Shown here in pieces: positions 27,956 through 37,176 of a DNA stretch of 42,437 nucleotides. The translations under genes and the position numbers were made by a program. Position 1 is the first letter of the stretch; every line of letters starts with the position of its first letter. This DNA is from Arenicella sp. (lineage in GTDB: Bacteria; Bacteroidota; Bacteroidia; Flavobacteriales_D; Crocinitomicaceae). The stretch covers positions 1 through 42,437 of the forward strand of contig JBLFXO010000001.1 of the NCBI GenBank assembly GCA_047609865.1. Direction: 5' to 3'. A model generated the notes under the pieces. That model worked only from the letters and a program-made list of their open reading frames with translations. It searched no databases and was not told where the DNA came from.

Positions 27956-28906
27956 ATGAAACCCTTCATCTTTTTCATATTTATCTTTATCTGCGGACTA
28001 AATTATGCTGCGGATTTACCCAGCAATTTAAAAGTGCATGTTGACAGTACTCCATTCAATATTAGAAAGAATCATCTAAAGCTTTCTCATTACCTAGCAG
28101 CACCTTGCAAAACTGAATCTGAAAAAGTATTCGCCTTCTCCTACTGGATAGCCAAGAATATAAAGTACAATTTGGCTGAGATGAAATCAAACAAGAGAAA
28201 CAAAATTGCGCGAGAAGTCTTAGATGATCGATCAGCCGTTTGTGGGGGATACTCAGCTCTCATGAAGCAATTCTGCGATAATGAAGGAATCAAATGCTAC
28301 AAAATATCCGGCTATGCTTGGGGAGGGTTTTTCAATCATTACTTGAAGACAGAACAACAATTACATGCATGGAATATCATTTATGTTGAAAACCAATGGA
28401 GATGCGTTGACGTCACTTGGATGATTGACTTGGTCAGAGCATCTACATTCAAAAAGACGGGCCATATGAAATGGATTTACATGGATCCCAAAGAATTTGC
28501 AGCAACTCACTTACCTTATGATCCAAGATGGCAATTGTTAGATGACCCAAATTCCACAGAAGAATTCTGGAAAGAAAAAGAAATCCAGAAAAGAATATAC
28601 AATTCAAGAGATTCACTTAAGGCACTTAAAGACAGAAGGTGGTATCAAGCTGAACTTATTTCAATTAAGGGTGCGTTCGTTGAGAGCCAAGACCCAACCT
28701 CTTTTATCAATAACATCAATTTACTCGGGATGAAATTAGTTGGCGGATTCTATGATTCTTCAGATTGTGTTATCGGAAAGAAAATATTTTTAGAGTCAAG
28801 AAATCATTGGACAAAGCACCAACCTTATAAGGATTCTAAGAAACACGAAGAGCACATTAAAACTGGACTCTGGTTGGCTGACAGAAGAATTGAAATGGGC
28901 GAATGA
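27956..28906 (+). CDS. Secreted transglutaminase-like (Cys-His-Asp) protein
   Basis: AVCGGYS, HAWN, DVTW; signal peptide. Confidence 0.88.
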   Translation: MKPFIFFIFIFICGLNYAADLPSNLKVHVDSTPFNIRKNHLKLSHYLAAPCKTESEKVFAFSYWIAKNIKYNLAEMKSNKRNKIAREVLDDRSAVCGGYSALMKQFCDNEGIKCYKISGYAWGGFFNHYLKTEQQLHAWNIIYVENQWRCVDVTWMIDLVRASTFKKTGHMKWIYMDPKEFAATHLPYDPRWQLLDDPNSTEEFWKEKEIQKRIYNSRDSLKALKDRRWYQAELISIKGAFVESQDPTSFINNINLLGMKLVGGFYDSSDCVIGKKIFLESRNHWTKHQPYKDSKKHEEHIKTGLWLADRRIEMGE

Positions 28907-28937
28907 GATTATTTATCTATTATTTTTACATTCACTC

Positions 28938-29207
28938 ATGGAACTGAATCAAAAACATGTAGATATCTTCAGAGCCACTTATAAAAGTGGTGAAAGAAAC
29001 TTTGAAGAAACCTTGTTGGCCCTCAGGGAATCAGGAGCTTGGCAGCTTGATTGTGTCAAATTAATCAAAAGTGAATTGAATATCCCTCTCAAAGAGGCAG
29101 ATGCAATCGTATTGAACTCAAAGACATGGAGTGACCATTTAGATTCGACTGTCAATCTACGTGATCAATTTTTTGATGCCTTTCAAAATTCAGATGAGGA
29201 AGAATGA
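28938..29207 (+). CDS. Hypothetical protein
   Basis: ORF; ATG 28938 preferred; LKEADAIV helix pattern. Confidence 0.6.
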   Translation: MELNQKHVDIFRATYKSGERNFEETLLALRESGAWQLDCVKLIKSELNIPLKEADAIVLNSKTWSDHLDSTVNLRDQFFDAFQNSDEEE

Positions 29208-29250
29208 AGTGCTTATTCAATCTCACAATTCTACTACCTTTAGAGTGTAG

Positions 29251-30585
29251 ATGTATCACCTGCTGAAAATATTATGTAAACTCACTTTACTGGCCTATTT
29301 TAGGAAAGTGAAAATTGAAGGTAGAGAGCACCTTAAAGGTGAAGGTCCCTTCATTTTTGTAGCCAATCATCCATCAGCATTTATGGACCCCGTGGTAGTT
29401 GCATCTTCTATTAAACCTTCTGTTTTCTTTTTAGCAGCTGGTGAATACATGGGTAAAGGTTTCAAGTTCTGGTTCTTTCATAAGTTCTTGCATATGATTC
29501 CAATTTACAGGCCATCAACTATGCCTGGAGATGCACATAAGAATAAAGAGGCATTCGCCAAATCAATTGAGCATTTAACTAAAAAAAAATGTTTGCTGGT
29601 ATTCCCTGAAGGCGTTAGCGTTACAGAGAAAAAAATTCTTCCGTTAAAAACTGGAGTTGCTAGAATAGCAAGAGAAACTGAAATTGCATTAAACCTCAAA
29701 GCCGGAATTAAAATCGTTCCAATTGGCTTGAACTATACAGACCCGCATTCCTTTAGATCTGATTTATTTGTCAATATTGGTGAGCCAATATTAGCAGCAG
29801 ATTTTTTCACGAATGACCCTGATAAAGGCAAAGAAGAAGTTAAAGCACTCACTCAACATATTGAAGAGCGCATGATTGATACAGTGCTTCATATTGAAAG
29901 CAAAGAGGTTGAAGACATCATTGACAGCATTAACAAAACCTATTCAAGAGATTTAAAAAGTGAATTGGGTGTTCAGTTCACTGACCAAAACAGAGAATTC
30001 GAATTGAACAAGTTAACCATTGCTGCAGTCAATCACTTTCAAGCCAACATGCCTGAAGATTATTCTGAGATGACAACTTTGATGGATGACTACATTGGAA
30101 CATTGGATGAGAAAGGAATTAGAGATAGAGAATATCGTAATGTTGAGCAAAAAGTACCCTGGTATTTAACAATAGGATACTTTGTTGGCGCTCCATTCTT
30201 TTTATTAGGTTGGCTTTGCAATTACATACCATATATAACTAATACGTTTCTCCAGAAAAAATTAGGATTCAAAGATAGTTTTAAAGGCTCAATGATATTA
30301 GGAATCGGATTAGGACTCTTTTTGGTCTGGTTCTCGCTATTAACTGTTCTTTGCTGGTCGCTGACACCTCTCTCCTATTATTCTTTATTGGTACCTGTTG
30401 TGCTCTATATTTCTGGAACCTATGCTCTAATCTATCTCTCTTCTGTTAATTATGTAATAAGAAGAATGAAGCTCAGAACTTTCTTAAAAGCGAACTCAGA
30501 TTTCTCAAAATCCGCTGCTGAAAAACGCGCCCTCCTCATTCAAAAGCTTGAAGGATATCGTGCAGAATTCGATAAAACTAAATAA
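29251..30585 (+). CDS. PlsC-like lysophospholipid/glycerol acyltransferase with C-terminal TM region
   Basis: NHPSAFMD, FPEG, LKTGVARIA, IVPIGLNY. Confidence 0.92.
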   Translation: MYHLLKILCKLTLLAYFRKVKIEGREHLKGEGPFIFVANHPSAFMDPVVVASSIKPSVFFLAAGEYMGKGFKFWFFHKFLHMIPIYRPSTMPGDAHKNKEAFAKSIEHLTKKKCLLVFPEGVSVTEKKILPLKTGVARIARETEIALNLKAGIKIVPIGLNYTDPHSFRSDLFVNIGEPILAADFFTNDPDKGKEEVKALTQHIEERMIDTVLHIESKEVEDIIDSINKTYSRDLKSELGVQFTDQNREFELNKLTIAAVNHFQANMPEDYSEMTTLMDDYIGTLDEKGIRDREYRNVEQKVPWYLTIGYFVGAPFFLLGWLCNYIPYITNTFLQKKLGFKDSFKGSMILGIGLGLFLVWFSLLTVLCWSLTPLSYYSLLVPVVLYISGTYALIYLSSVNYVIRRMKLRTFLKANSDFSKSAAEKRALLIQKLEGYRAEFDKTK

Positions 30586-30641
30586 ATTTTCAAATTTTTA
30601 TTGGCTATCTAATCATTAATAGTCAAGTGATTAGCTAATTA

Positions 30642-30703
30642 ATGTATAAAATATCATACATCATGTATTGTTTATTCGACATCATGTCATATATTTGTGT
30701 CAT
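30642..30703. promoter_or_regulatory. Three tandem 20-bp pseudo-palindromes (candidate XRE operators) overlapping a TATATTTG box
   Basis: ATGTAtaaaatatcaTACAT, ATGTAttgtttattcGACAT, ATGTCatatatttgtGTCAT at 21-bp period. Confidence 0.7.
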
Positions 30704-30739
30704 CAAGTAAACAATTATTAACTACAACTAATACAAATT

Positions 30740-31186
30740 ATGTCATTACAAGAAAAGAAAGCTGTATTCAATATCTTGAGTTCCTTTCTAATTATAGGAG
30801 GCTTTTTATACTACACATTCGTCATGCATGCCGCAGAGAATTTACCATTGCAAGATGACGTTCAGTTTTGGGCAGAGTTCATGTTAACCTTTATGGTTGT
30901 AACCATTGTTCTAAAAATTGTTGTTCACATCATTTTCTACATCTTTCTTAAAATCGCCCATCAAGATGAGGACATTGAACTTGTTGATGAATATGATAAG
31001 AGAATTGAAATGAAAGCGGATAGAAGAGGAAATCACGTCTTTATGTTAGGCTTTGTTGCTTCATTTATTCCGGTTGCAATGGGCGAACCAGTATACTACA
31101 TGTTCCTTATTATGTTAATTTCGGGATTAACTGGTGGAACCCTAGGAGATCTTTGGAAGATTTACTTTTATAGAAGGGGCCTTTAA
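30740..31186 (+). CDS. Membrane protein (DUF2178-like)
   Basis: About four TM segments; DEYDKRIE motif; directly precedes an HTH gene. Confidence 0.65.
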   Translation: MSLQEKKAVFNILSSFLIIGGFLYYTFVMHAAENLPLQDDVQFWAEFMLTFMVVTIVLKIVVHIIFYIFLKIAHQDEDIELVDEYDKRIEMKADRRGNHVFMLGFVASFIPVAMGEPVYYMFLIMLISGLTGGTLGDLWKIYFYRRGL

Positions 31187-31187
31187 G

Positions 31188-31439
31188 ATGAGCAAAGATC
31201 ACATTCAAAATAGCATCCGTAAGCTGCGCTTCTTCAAAGATGAGATGACGCAACAAGCCTTAGCTGATGAGATTGGCGTAACACGTCAAACCATTGTAGC
31301 AATTGAAAAAGGAAAGTATCCACCAACCTTAGAAATCTCCTTTAGAATAGCCAAAGTATTCGAAGTCGAATTAAGTGAAGTATTCACATATGACGCTTCA
31401 AAAGACAAGTTCAAAAAAAGGAAGCCTAAAAAGAAATAA
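31188..31439 (+). CDS. XRE/Cro-family HTH transcriptional regulator
   Basis: MTQQALADEIGVTRQTIVAIEKGKYPPTL. Confidence 0.95.
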   Translation: MSKDHIQNSIRKLRFFKDEMTQQALADEIGVTRQTIVAIEKGKYPPTLEISFRIAKVFEVELSEVFTYDASKDKFKKRKPKKK

Positions 31440-31441
31440 TC

Positions 31442-31660
31442 ATGCAAATTCACGTATTAAAAACTGACTTGAAGTCTCTTCAAGAGGTAAAATCTATTGC
31501 CCCAATTTTAGACCTGCATCCACAAATAATTTGCTGGTCAGTTGACACAGAAGACATTGATAATATACTGAGAATAGAAGGTGTCAATCAACTCAAAGAA
31601 ATACAAATCATTCCACTACTGAGCCTATATGGTGTCCAAAGTGAAGCTCTAAACTATTAA
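31442..31660 (+). CDS. Small conserved hypothetical protein
   Basis: WSVDTEDIDNILRIE motif; tight operon spacing. Confidence 0.7.
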   Translation: MQIHVLKTDLKSLQEVKSIAPILDLHPQIICWSVDTEDIDNILRIEGVNQLKEIQIIPLLSLYGVQSEALNY

Positions 31661-31662
31661 TT

Positions 31663-32616
31663 ATGAAGGCCGTAATCTTTACTGAATATGGAAACTTTGA
31701 TTCTATCAAATTAATAGAAAAAGAGATTCCTACACCTAAATCTAATGAGGTGATTGTTAAAATGAAAAAATCATCTTTGAATGCAATGGAGTGGCATCTC
31801 TTCAGAGGAGTTACTCTTGTGAAGATGAAAATTGGATGGCGTAAACCGAAACCAAAATATCAAACCATAGGTGCCGACATTGCTGGTGTTGTCACAGAGT
31901 TAGGCGCTAAAGTAACATGTCTAAAAAAAGGTGATGAAGTATTTGGAGAAGACTTTACAGGAGGATATGCGGAATACACGGCAGCGAAAGCGAGCGCTTT
32001 AACCATAAAGCCAAAGAACGTGAGTTTTGAACAAGCAGCCGCCTCAGGAGTAGCAGGTCTAACCGCCCTCACTGCTCTGCGAGAAATTTGCACTATTAAA
32101 GCCGGAGACAAAGTCCTAATCAATGGCGCATCAGGAGGAGTTGGATCTTATGCCGTATTGATGGCCAAATATTATGGAGCAGAAGTGACCGCGGTTTGTA
32201 GTGCTAAGAACTTTGAGTTTGTGAAAGGTTTGGGAGCAGATCATCACATTGATTATAAGACTGAAGATTTTTGCGCTCAAGGAAAAAAGTATGACTCACT
32301 TATTGAAGTAACCGGCAATCGCAGGCCAAAAGAAGTCAAATCAATTCTTAATGATGGCGGAAAATGTGCCGTAATTGGCTTTACTTCTGCCAAACATATC
32401 ATGAGGTATATGTTCAGCTTTTCTAAGAAGATTAAGATGGTGAATGAAATTTCCTCTCCTGAAAATTTGAAAGAACTGGCTACAATCTTAGAAAGTGGAA
32501 AAATAAATATGCCTATAACAAGTAGATATAAACTTTCAGAAATTAGAGAAGGTATTGAACACCTCAGTACGAGAAGGGCTACTGGCAAGGTCATAGTAGA
32601 TATCGCCTCAGAATAA
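31663..32616 (+). CDS. NAD(P)-dependent MDR oxidoreductase (zinc-free, quinone reductase-like)
   Basis: GADIAGVV, VLINGASGGVG, LGADHHIDY, GKVIV. Confidence 0.92.
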   Translation: MKAVIFTEYGNFDSIKLIEKEIPTPKSNEVIVKMKKSSLNAMEWHLFRGVTLVKMKIGWRKPKPKYQTIGADIAGVVTELGAKVTCLKKGDEVFGEDFTGGYAEYTAAKASALTIKPKNVSFEQAAASGVAGLTALTALREICTIKAGDKVLINGASGGVGSYAVLMAKYYGAEVTAVCSAKNFEFVKGLGADHHIDYKTEDFCAQGKKYDSLIEVTGNRRPKEVKSILNDGGKCAVIGFTSAKHIMRYMFSFSKKIKMVNEISSPENLKELATILESGKINMPITSRYKLSEIREGIEHLSTRRATGKVIVDIASE

Positions 32617-32663
32617 AACGAATAATTGTTTTTGACTCTGGCATATTTCATTACTTTCAAGCA

Positions 32664-34421
32664 ATGAAATATGCCCATTTCCTCATAATTCTGTTGCTAG
32701 CACCTTCTTCATTTGGACAAAGATCTGAATGTGGGAATAGAGTCGACAACCTTATAAAAAAGGGGAATGACATAGCTTTTAGTCACACCGATTCTAGTTT
32801 TCAATATTTTGAAAAAGCCATTGAAATGGCCGAATTCTGTTCAGATTCTGTCGGAATAGCTAAGACTGAAAATTGCATTGGTTTATATTACTCACTTACC
32901 GGTAATTATGATGAAGCTGCACAACATTACTTCCTTTCTTTAGAGATTGCCAACAGAAACAATCTTCAAAAGGATGAAGGAATAGTGAAGAACAATCTCG
33001 GAGTGATGTACTTTGAATTGGGTGAACTGGAGAAATCTAGAAACTATTATAATGAAGCTTTAAGTCTCATGCAAGCACTTCAAGATACCATGTGGCTGGG
33101 TAAAATTTATGGAAACTTAGCCGGTGTTCACTTCATGGATGAAGAATATGATGCCTCAATCCTAACATTAGAAAAGTCAATTTATTACGCTAGTCTCGCC
33201 AAGAGATATGAATCTGTAGGTGGTGCGATTGCTAACCTTGCAATGGTTAAGATCGCAATTGGTGAGACCGAGAGCGCTTTCGAAAGTTTTGATGAGGGTA
33301 TTCATCTGTTAGATTCGGTTGGCGACAAAAGAGGAGTCGCTACTACACTAATTGAGAAAGCGAAAAGCCAATTCACTCTAGGACGAACTAAGGAAGCTTT
33401 GAATTCTTATGAAGAAGCACAAGTATATGCTGAAGAAGTATTTCATGCCTTGAGCATCACGCAAATTTATAAAGGTAAAACTGAAATCTATCAATCACTG
33501 GGCAATTACGAACTCGCTTTAGCAACATCTCAAAAATTGCTTGATTTTCAGGACAGTGTTCTTTTAGTTGAGAAATATCAGATATCTCTAGACCTCGAAG
33601 AGAAATACCAGAACAAACAAAACGATTTAAAAATCAGTTTCTTAGAAGAGCAGGATGAATTGAGTAAAGAGGTTGCTGCCGAACAAGAAAATGTGGCTAA
33701 GATCCTGATAACGTTAGTTGTTATTCTTCTCTTATTTTTTGGATTCATCTTTTATCAGTGGTTTAGAAAGAAGAAAACAAATGAAATATTACAATCCCAA
33801 AATGAACGAATTGAGCAAAGTCTTGCTGAGCGTGAAGTTTTGATTAGAGAGGTCCATCACCGCGTTAAAAACAATCTTCAAATAGTATCAGGCATGCTCA
33901 ACATTCAAGCAAATTCTGGGGTTGATGATAAAACGAAAGAGGCATTGTTAGATAACCGAAAAAGAGTTCAGTCTATGGCGATTGTTCATCAAAAATTATA
34001 TCAGCACAAAGACATTAATGAAGTTCATCTCAAAGAATATTTAAGCCATTTAATTGACGAAGTTGAGTCACAAAATGACTCAGAAATAGATATTGAAATT
34101 GAACAATCAATTGAGGATTTATCCTTACCGATTGACTTGACCATTCCACTCGGTTTAATACTCACTGAAGTCTTATCAAATTCTTTCAAGCACGCCTTTA
34201 AGAACAAGGCATCCGGACAAATAAAGATTTCATTAAAAAGAGAAGCATCAAACTACTTTCTAAAGGTGCAAGATGACGGTCTTGGATTCAAAGAAAACGA
34301 GATGAGATCGGATGCATTTGGAACGAAATTAATCCAGTCCTTATCAAAAAGTATCTCAGCTAAAAGTTCATGGGAAAATTTGGATGGTACCATTTTTAGT
34401 CTAACTTTCACACATGAGTAA
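32664..34421 (+). CDS. TPR-containing sensor histidine kinase (HisKA_2 type)
   Basis: Periplasmic TPRs, one TM, EVHHRVKNNLQ, EVLSNSFKHAF, DDGLG. Confidence 0.93.
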   Translation: MKYAHFLIILLLAPSSFGQRSECGNRVDNLIKKGNDIAFSHTDSSFQYFEKAIEMAEFCSDSVGIAKTENCIGLYYSLTGNYDEAAQHYFLSLEIANRNNLQKDEGIVKNNLGVMYFELGELEKSRNYYNEALSLMQALQDTMWLGKIYGNLAGVHFMDEEYDASILTLEKSIYYASLAKRYESVGGAIANLAMVKIAIGETESAFESFDEGIHLLDSVGDKRGVATTLIEKAKSQFTLGRTKEALNSYEEAQVYAEEVFHALSITQIYKGKTEIYQSLGNYELALATSQKLLDFQDSVLLVEKYQISLDLEEKYQNKQNDLKISFLEEQDELSKEVAAEQENVAKILITLVVILLLFFGFIFYQWFRKKKTNEILQSQNERIEQSLAEREVLIREVHHRVKNNLQIVSGMLNIQANSGVDDKTKEALLDNRKRVQSMAIVHQKLYQHKDINEVHLKEYLSHLIDEVESQNDSEIDIEIEQSIEDLSLPIDLTIPLGLILTEVLSNSFKHAFKNKASGQIKISLKREASNYFLKVQDDGLGFKENEMRSDAFGTKLIQSLSKSISAKSSWENLDGTIFSLTFTHE

Positions 34422-35127
34422 ACGGATTTTAATAGTGGAAGATGAGCCAATGATTGGCGAAGACATTAAGCTTGTCGTAGAGAATTTAGGCTATGAAGTT
34501 GTTGACATTGTTGACAACGCAACATCTGCTATTCAAGTTCTCAGTGATCAAAAAGTGGACTTGGTATTTTTAGATGTTCAGCTTAACGGAGAAATTGACG
34601 GAATCAGATTAGGCGAAAAAATCAACTACCTCTTTCAAGTCCCTTTCCTTTACTTGACTTCCTATTTTGATGACAACACCGTTTTTAGAATTCGTAAAAC
34701 GAATCCGGTCGGATATATCGTGAAACCTTTTAAAGATTCAGACATTAAAGTGAACCTTGGTCTTGCTTTTAGCAATTTGAAAGAAAAAGAATCAGAAGTT
34801 GTCACTCCCCCCATCAATGAACTCTTCGTTAGAAAGAACGGTGAATTGAAAAGAATCCTGCCTGAAGATATCTGTTGGATTAAAGGTGAAGACAATTATT
34901 CAATAGTTCAAGTAGCTGACGGATCTTCTTACACAATTTCTCAAACGCTCAAAGTCTTACATCAAAAACTGGAGCATGCAGGATTCGTTAGAATCCAAAA
35001 GAGCTATGTGGTAAGATTGGCCAGTATTAGTTCAATTAGTGGCAACACAGTGTATATTGATGATGAACACTTCCCTATTGGCAAGGCTTATCGCAAGGCT
35101 TTCTTTGATTTAATCACAGTCCTTTAA
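34414..35127 (+). CDS. LytTR-family response regulator
   Basis: REC domain (VEDE, FLDV, KPF) plus FVRIQKSYVV. Confidence 0.95.
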   Translation: MSKRILIVEDEPMIGEDIKLVVENLGYEVVDIVDNATSAIQVLSDQKVDLVFLDVQLNGEIDGIRLGEKINYLFQVPFLYLTSYFDDNTVFRIRKTNPVGYIVKPFKDSDIKVNLGLAFSNLKEKESEVVTPPINELFVRKNGELKRILPEDICWIKGEDNYSIVQVADGSSYTISQTLKVLHQKLEHAGFVRIQKSYVVRLASISSISGNTVYIDDEHFPIGKAYRKAFFDLITVL

Positions 35128-35177
35128 CTTTCTCTCAGTCAAAAGGCCGTTTCCTCGGCCAATCTTCCGTTACCTCA
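35128..35177 (+). promoter_or_regulatory. Candidate LytTR direct repeats
   Basis: ctttctctc / cgtttcctc / cgttacctc starting at 35128, 35148, 35168 (20-bp period). Confidence 0.55.
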
Positions 35178-35241
35178 AAACTCCTTGTTTGACAATCTCT
35201 TATGTCGTCTATTTGAAGGACTAACCAACAAATAGACAATT

Positions 35242-36138
35242 ATGAGAAATTTAAAAAGATTAATGCTGGCCTTCCTGCTGACAGGGTTCTGTTCAATATC
35301 ATTTGCTCAAATCGGAAGCAAACTTCTTAAAAAACTTGAAGCTGCCCCTCCCGGGGAAGGCGAAGCTATCGTAAAACTGTATAGTGATAAAGCAAGAACT
35401 ACAGAGATAACATCCATTTCAGACGGAACAACAGATCTATACTTCCGAGCATTCATTTGGAAAGACAAGACCAAAAGAGGGGATACACCTTACGCGCCAA
35501 TGGAATCAGATTACTGTTTTGAATTTGTAGAAGGAGAGTTCGAAAGCTCCTTAGCTACGAACGGATTCGATTATGCAGATGTTAAATCAAAGGTTGATTC
35601 AAAATCAATGAAAAGCTATGTGGCCACCAAAGACTATATAGATATTGATGTCAATTTGAAAGAAACACAATTCTTAGATTATTTTGTCAGAGATGCTGAA
35701 GTGGGTAAAAAGCACAAATTCACGGCTAGATTAGAAGGAGAATGTAAATTCTTTTTGGCACATGGTGTTTTTGAATTCGACCTAGTTAATGGTAAAGATA
35801 AATATGAAGAACTTCTATTGGCCTCCAACGCAGATATCGAAATTCCTGATGACATATACAAAGGCGACCAGGCACTTCATGAGCAAACCAAAAAAATTAT
35901 CGCCAGCACTTATGGTGAAAAAGGCATTCTGAATGTCTATTTCTATGCCGTTTGGGAAACTGCTTCAAGCAAATCAGAGCGCTATACCCAGGCCGCATTC
36001 ACTACAAAAACAGATGGCAAATGCTACATGAGTTATGTTAGAGTCTGGTGCGATAGAGACTATGGTGGTGGATGGCTACCGCCTAGTGCGGCCAACCAAA
36101 GATCTACCAACCAAATCAACTGTTCTAAATTGGAGTGA
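35242..36138 (+). CDS. Secreted hypothetical protein
   Basis: Signal peptide (SFA-Q); five Cys in the mature part; no recognised family. Confidence 0.75.
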   Translation: MRNLKRLMLAFLLTGFCSISFAQIGSKLLKKLEAAPPGEGEAIVKLYSDKARTTEITSISDGTTDLYFRAFIWKDKTKRGDTPYAPMESDYCFEFVEGEFESSLATNGFDYADVKSKVDSKSMKSYVATKDYIDIDVNLKETQFLDYFVRDAEVGKKHKFTARLEGECKFFLAHGVFEFDLVNGKDKYEELLLASNADIEIPDDIYKGDQALHEQTKKIIASTYGEKGILNVYFYAVWETASSKSERYTQAAFTTKTDGKCYMSYVRVWCDRDYGGGWLPPSAANQRSTNQINCSKLE

Positions 36139-36162
36139 GGGTTAGTGCTCCAATAATTTCCG

Positions 36163-36194
36163 AAGGTCGGCTCTGTGGGGAGTCGGCCTTTTTT
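36163..36194 (+). terminator. Intrinsic terminator
   Basis: aaggtcggctc...gagtcggcctt followed by a T-run. Confidence 0.8.
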
Positions 36195-36282
36195 ATGAAG
36201 TTAAAAAAGGTGAAAGTTTCAAATTACTGTAACTAATCCTTAATGATTGGGTCTTATCTATAAACCAATTAAAACAACAATA

Positions 36283-36636
36283 ATGAAAATATTAGTCGCC
36301 GCAATACTAACTGGATTTTTAGGAATAACCTCTTTCGCTGGAAACGGAAATGAAGGAGTAAACCCAACTAAAAACATTCTTCACAAATGGCAAAAAGAGT
36401 TTGTCCTTTACCCTGAAAAGTCTTTGAAGGAAGATAAAAAGGGAACTGTATATGTTTCCTTTACTCTAACAGAAAAAGGTTTAATGCGTGACATTAAAAT
36501 TGAAGAAGGAATCACTCAAGACTTAAATCTCAAAGCAATTGAAATAGCCATAAGTATGCCTAAAGATCATCTTTTGACTCCTAATTTTGAGGAGGGCAAA
36601 AAATACATTTTGCCAGTAAAATTTAGCATTCGATAA
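36283..36636 (+). CDS. Signal peptide + TonB C-terminal domain protein, copy 1
   Basis: YP..S....KGTVYVSF..TEKG, LPVKF; ATG 36283. Confidence 0.85.
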   Translation: MKILVAAILTGFLGITSFAGNGNEGVNPTKNILHKWQKEFVLYPEKSLKEDKKGTVYVSFTLTEKGLMRDIKIEEGITQDLNLKAIEIAISMPKDHLLTPNFEEGKKYILPVKFSIR

Positions 36637-36740
36637 ATAACAAGAGCTTTAATAAGTTAAAAAAGGTGAAAGTTTTATCTCACTGTAACTTATCCAAGAT
36701 AATTGGGTCTTACTAATAGAAACCAGTTAAAACAATTAAT

Positions 36741-37094
36741 ATGAAATTAATCACAACAGCAATCCTAAGCCTAATAATTGGAACAGCATCTTTCGCAGGA
36801 AATGGAAATGAAGGTATTAATCCGACAAAAAGAATCTTTCAAAAATGGCAAAAAGAATTCGTTCTTTACCCAAAGCAATCTTTGGAAGAAAACAAAAAAG
36901 GAATCGTTTATGTTTCTTTCTCTCTTTCTGAAAATGGATTAATGAATGACATCCTGATTGAAGAAGGAATCTCTGAGGATTTAAACTTAAAAGCAATTGA
37001 AATTGCTAAGAAAATGCCAAAAGATCACCTTTTGAATAATAATCATCAAGAAGGAAAACGATACATGTTACCAGTAGAATTCAGTATAAGATAA
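36741..37094 (+). CDS. Signal peptide + TonB C-terminal domain protein, copy 2
   Basis: 82/117 aa identical to copy 1 by manual count. Confidence 0.85.
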   Translation: MKLITTAILSLIIGTASFAGNGNEGINPTKRIFQKWQKEFVLYPKQSLEENKKGIVYVSFSLSENGLMNDILIEEGISEDLNLKAIEIAKKMPKDHLLNNNHQEGKRYMLPVEFSIR

Positions 37095-37111
37095 TACTTG
37101 CAACGAGCATT

Positions 37112-37146
37112 AAAAAGGTCAAATCCATATGGGTTTGACCTTTTTT
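37112..37146. terminator. Intrinsic terminator
   Basis: aaaaaggtcaaatcc-atat-gggtttgacctttttt. Confidence 0.85.
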
Positions 37147-37176
37147 ATTTTCTATATTCACGAAAAGCCTAGTTGT

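Noticed and set aside
29581-29589. Poly-A run in the acyltransferase gene as a phase-variation tract
   Set aside because: Frame is intact and such runs are expected in AT-rich Lys codons
3751-35861. Numerous 60-133 aa ORFs antisense to or nested in long genes
   Set aside because: Shadow ORFs of well-supported genes with no motifs of their own
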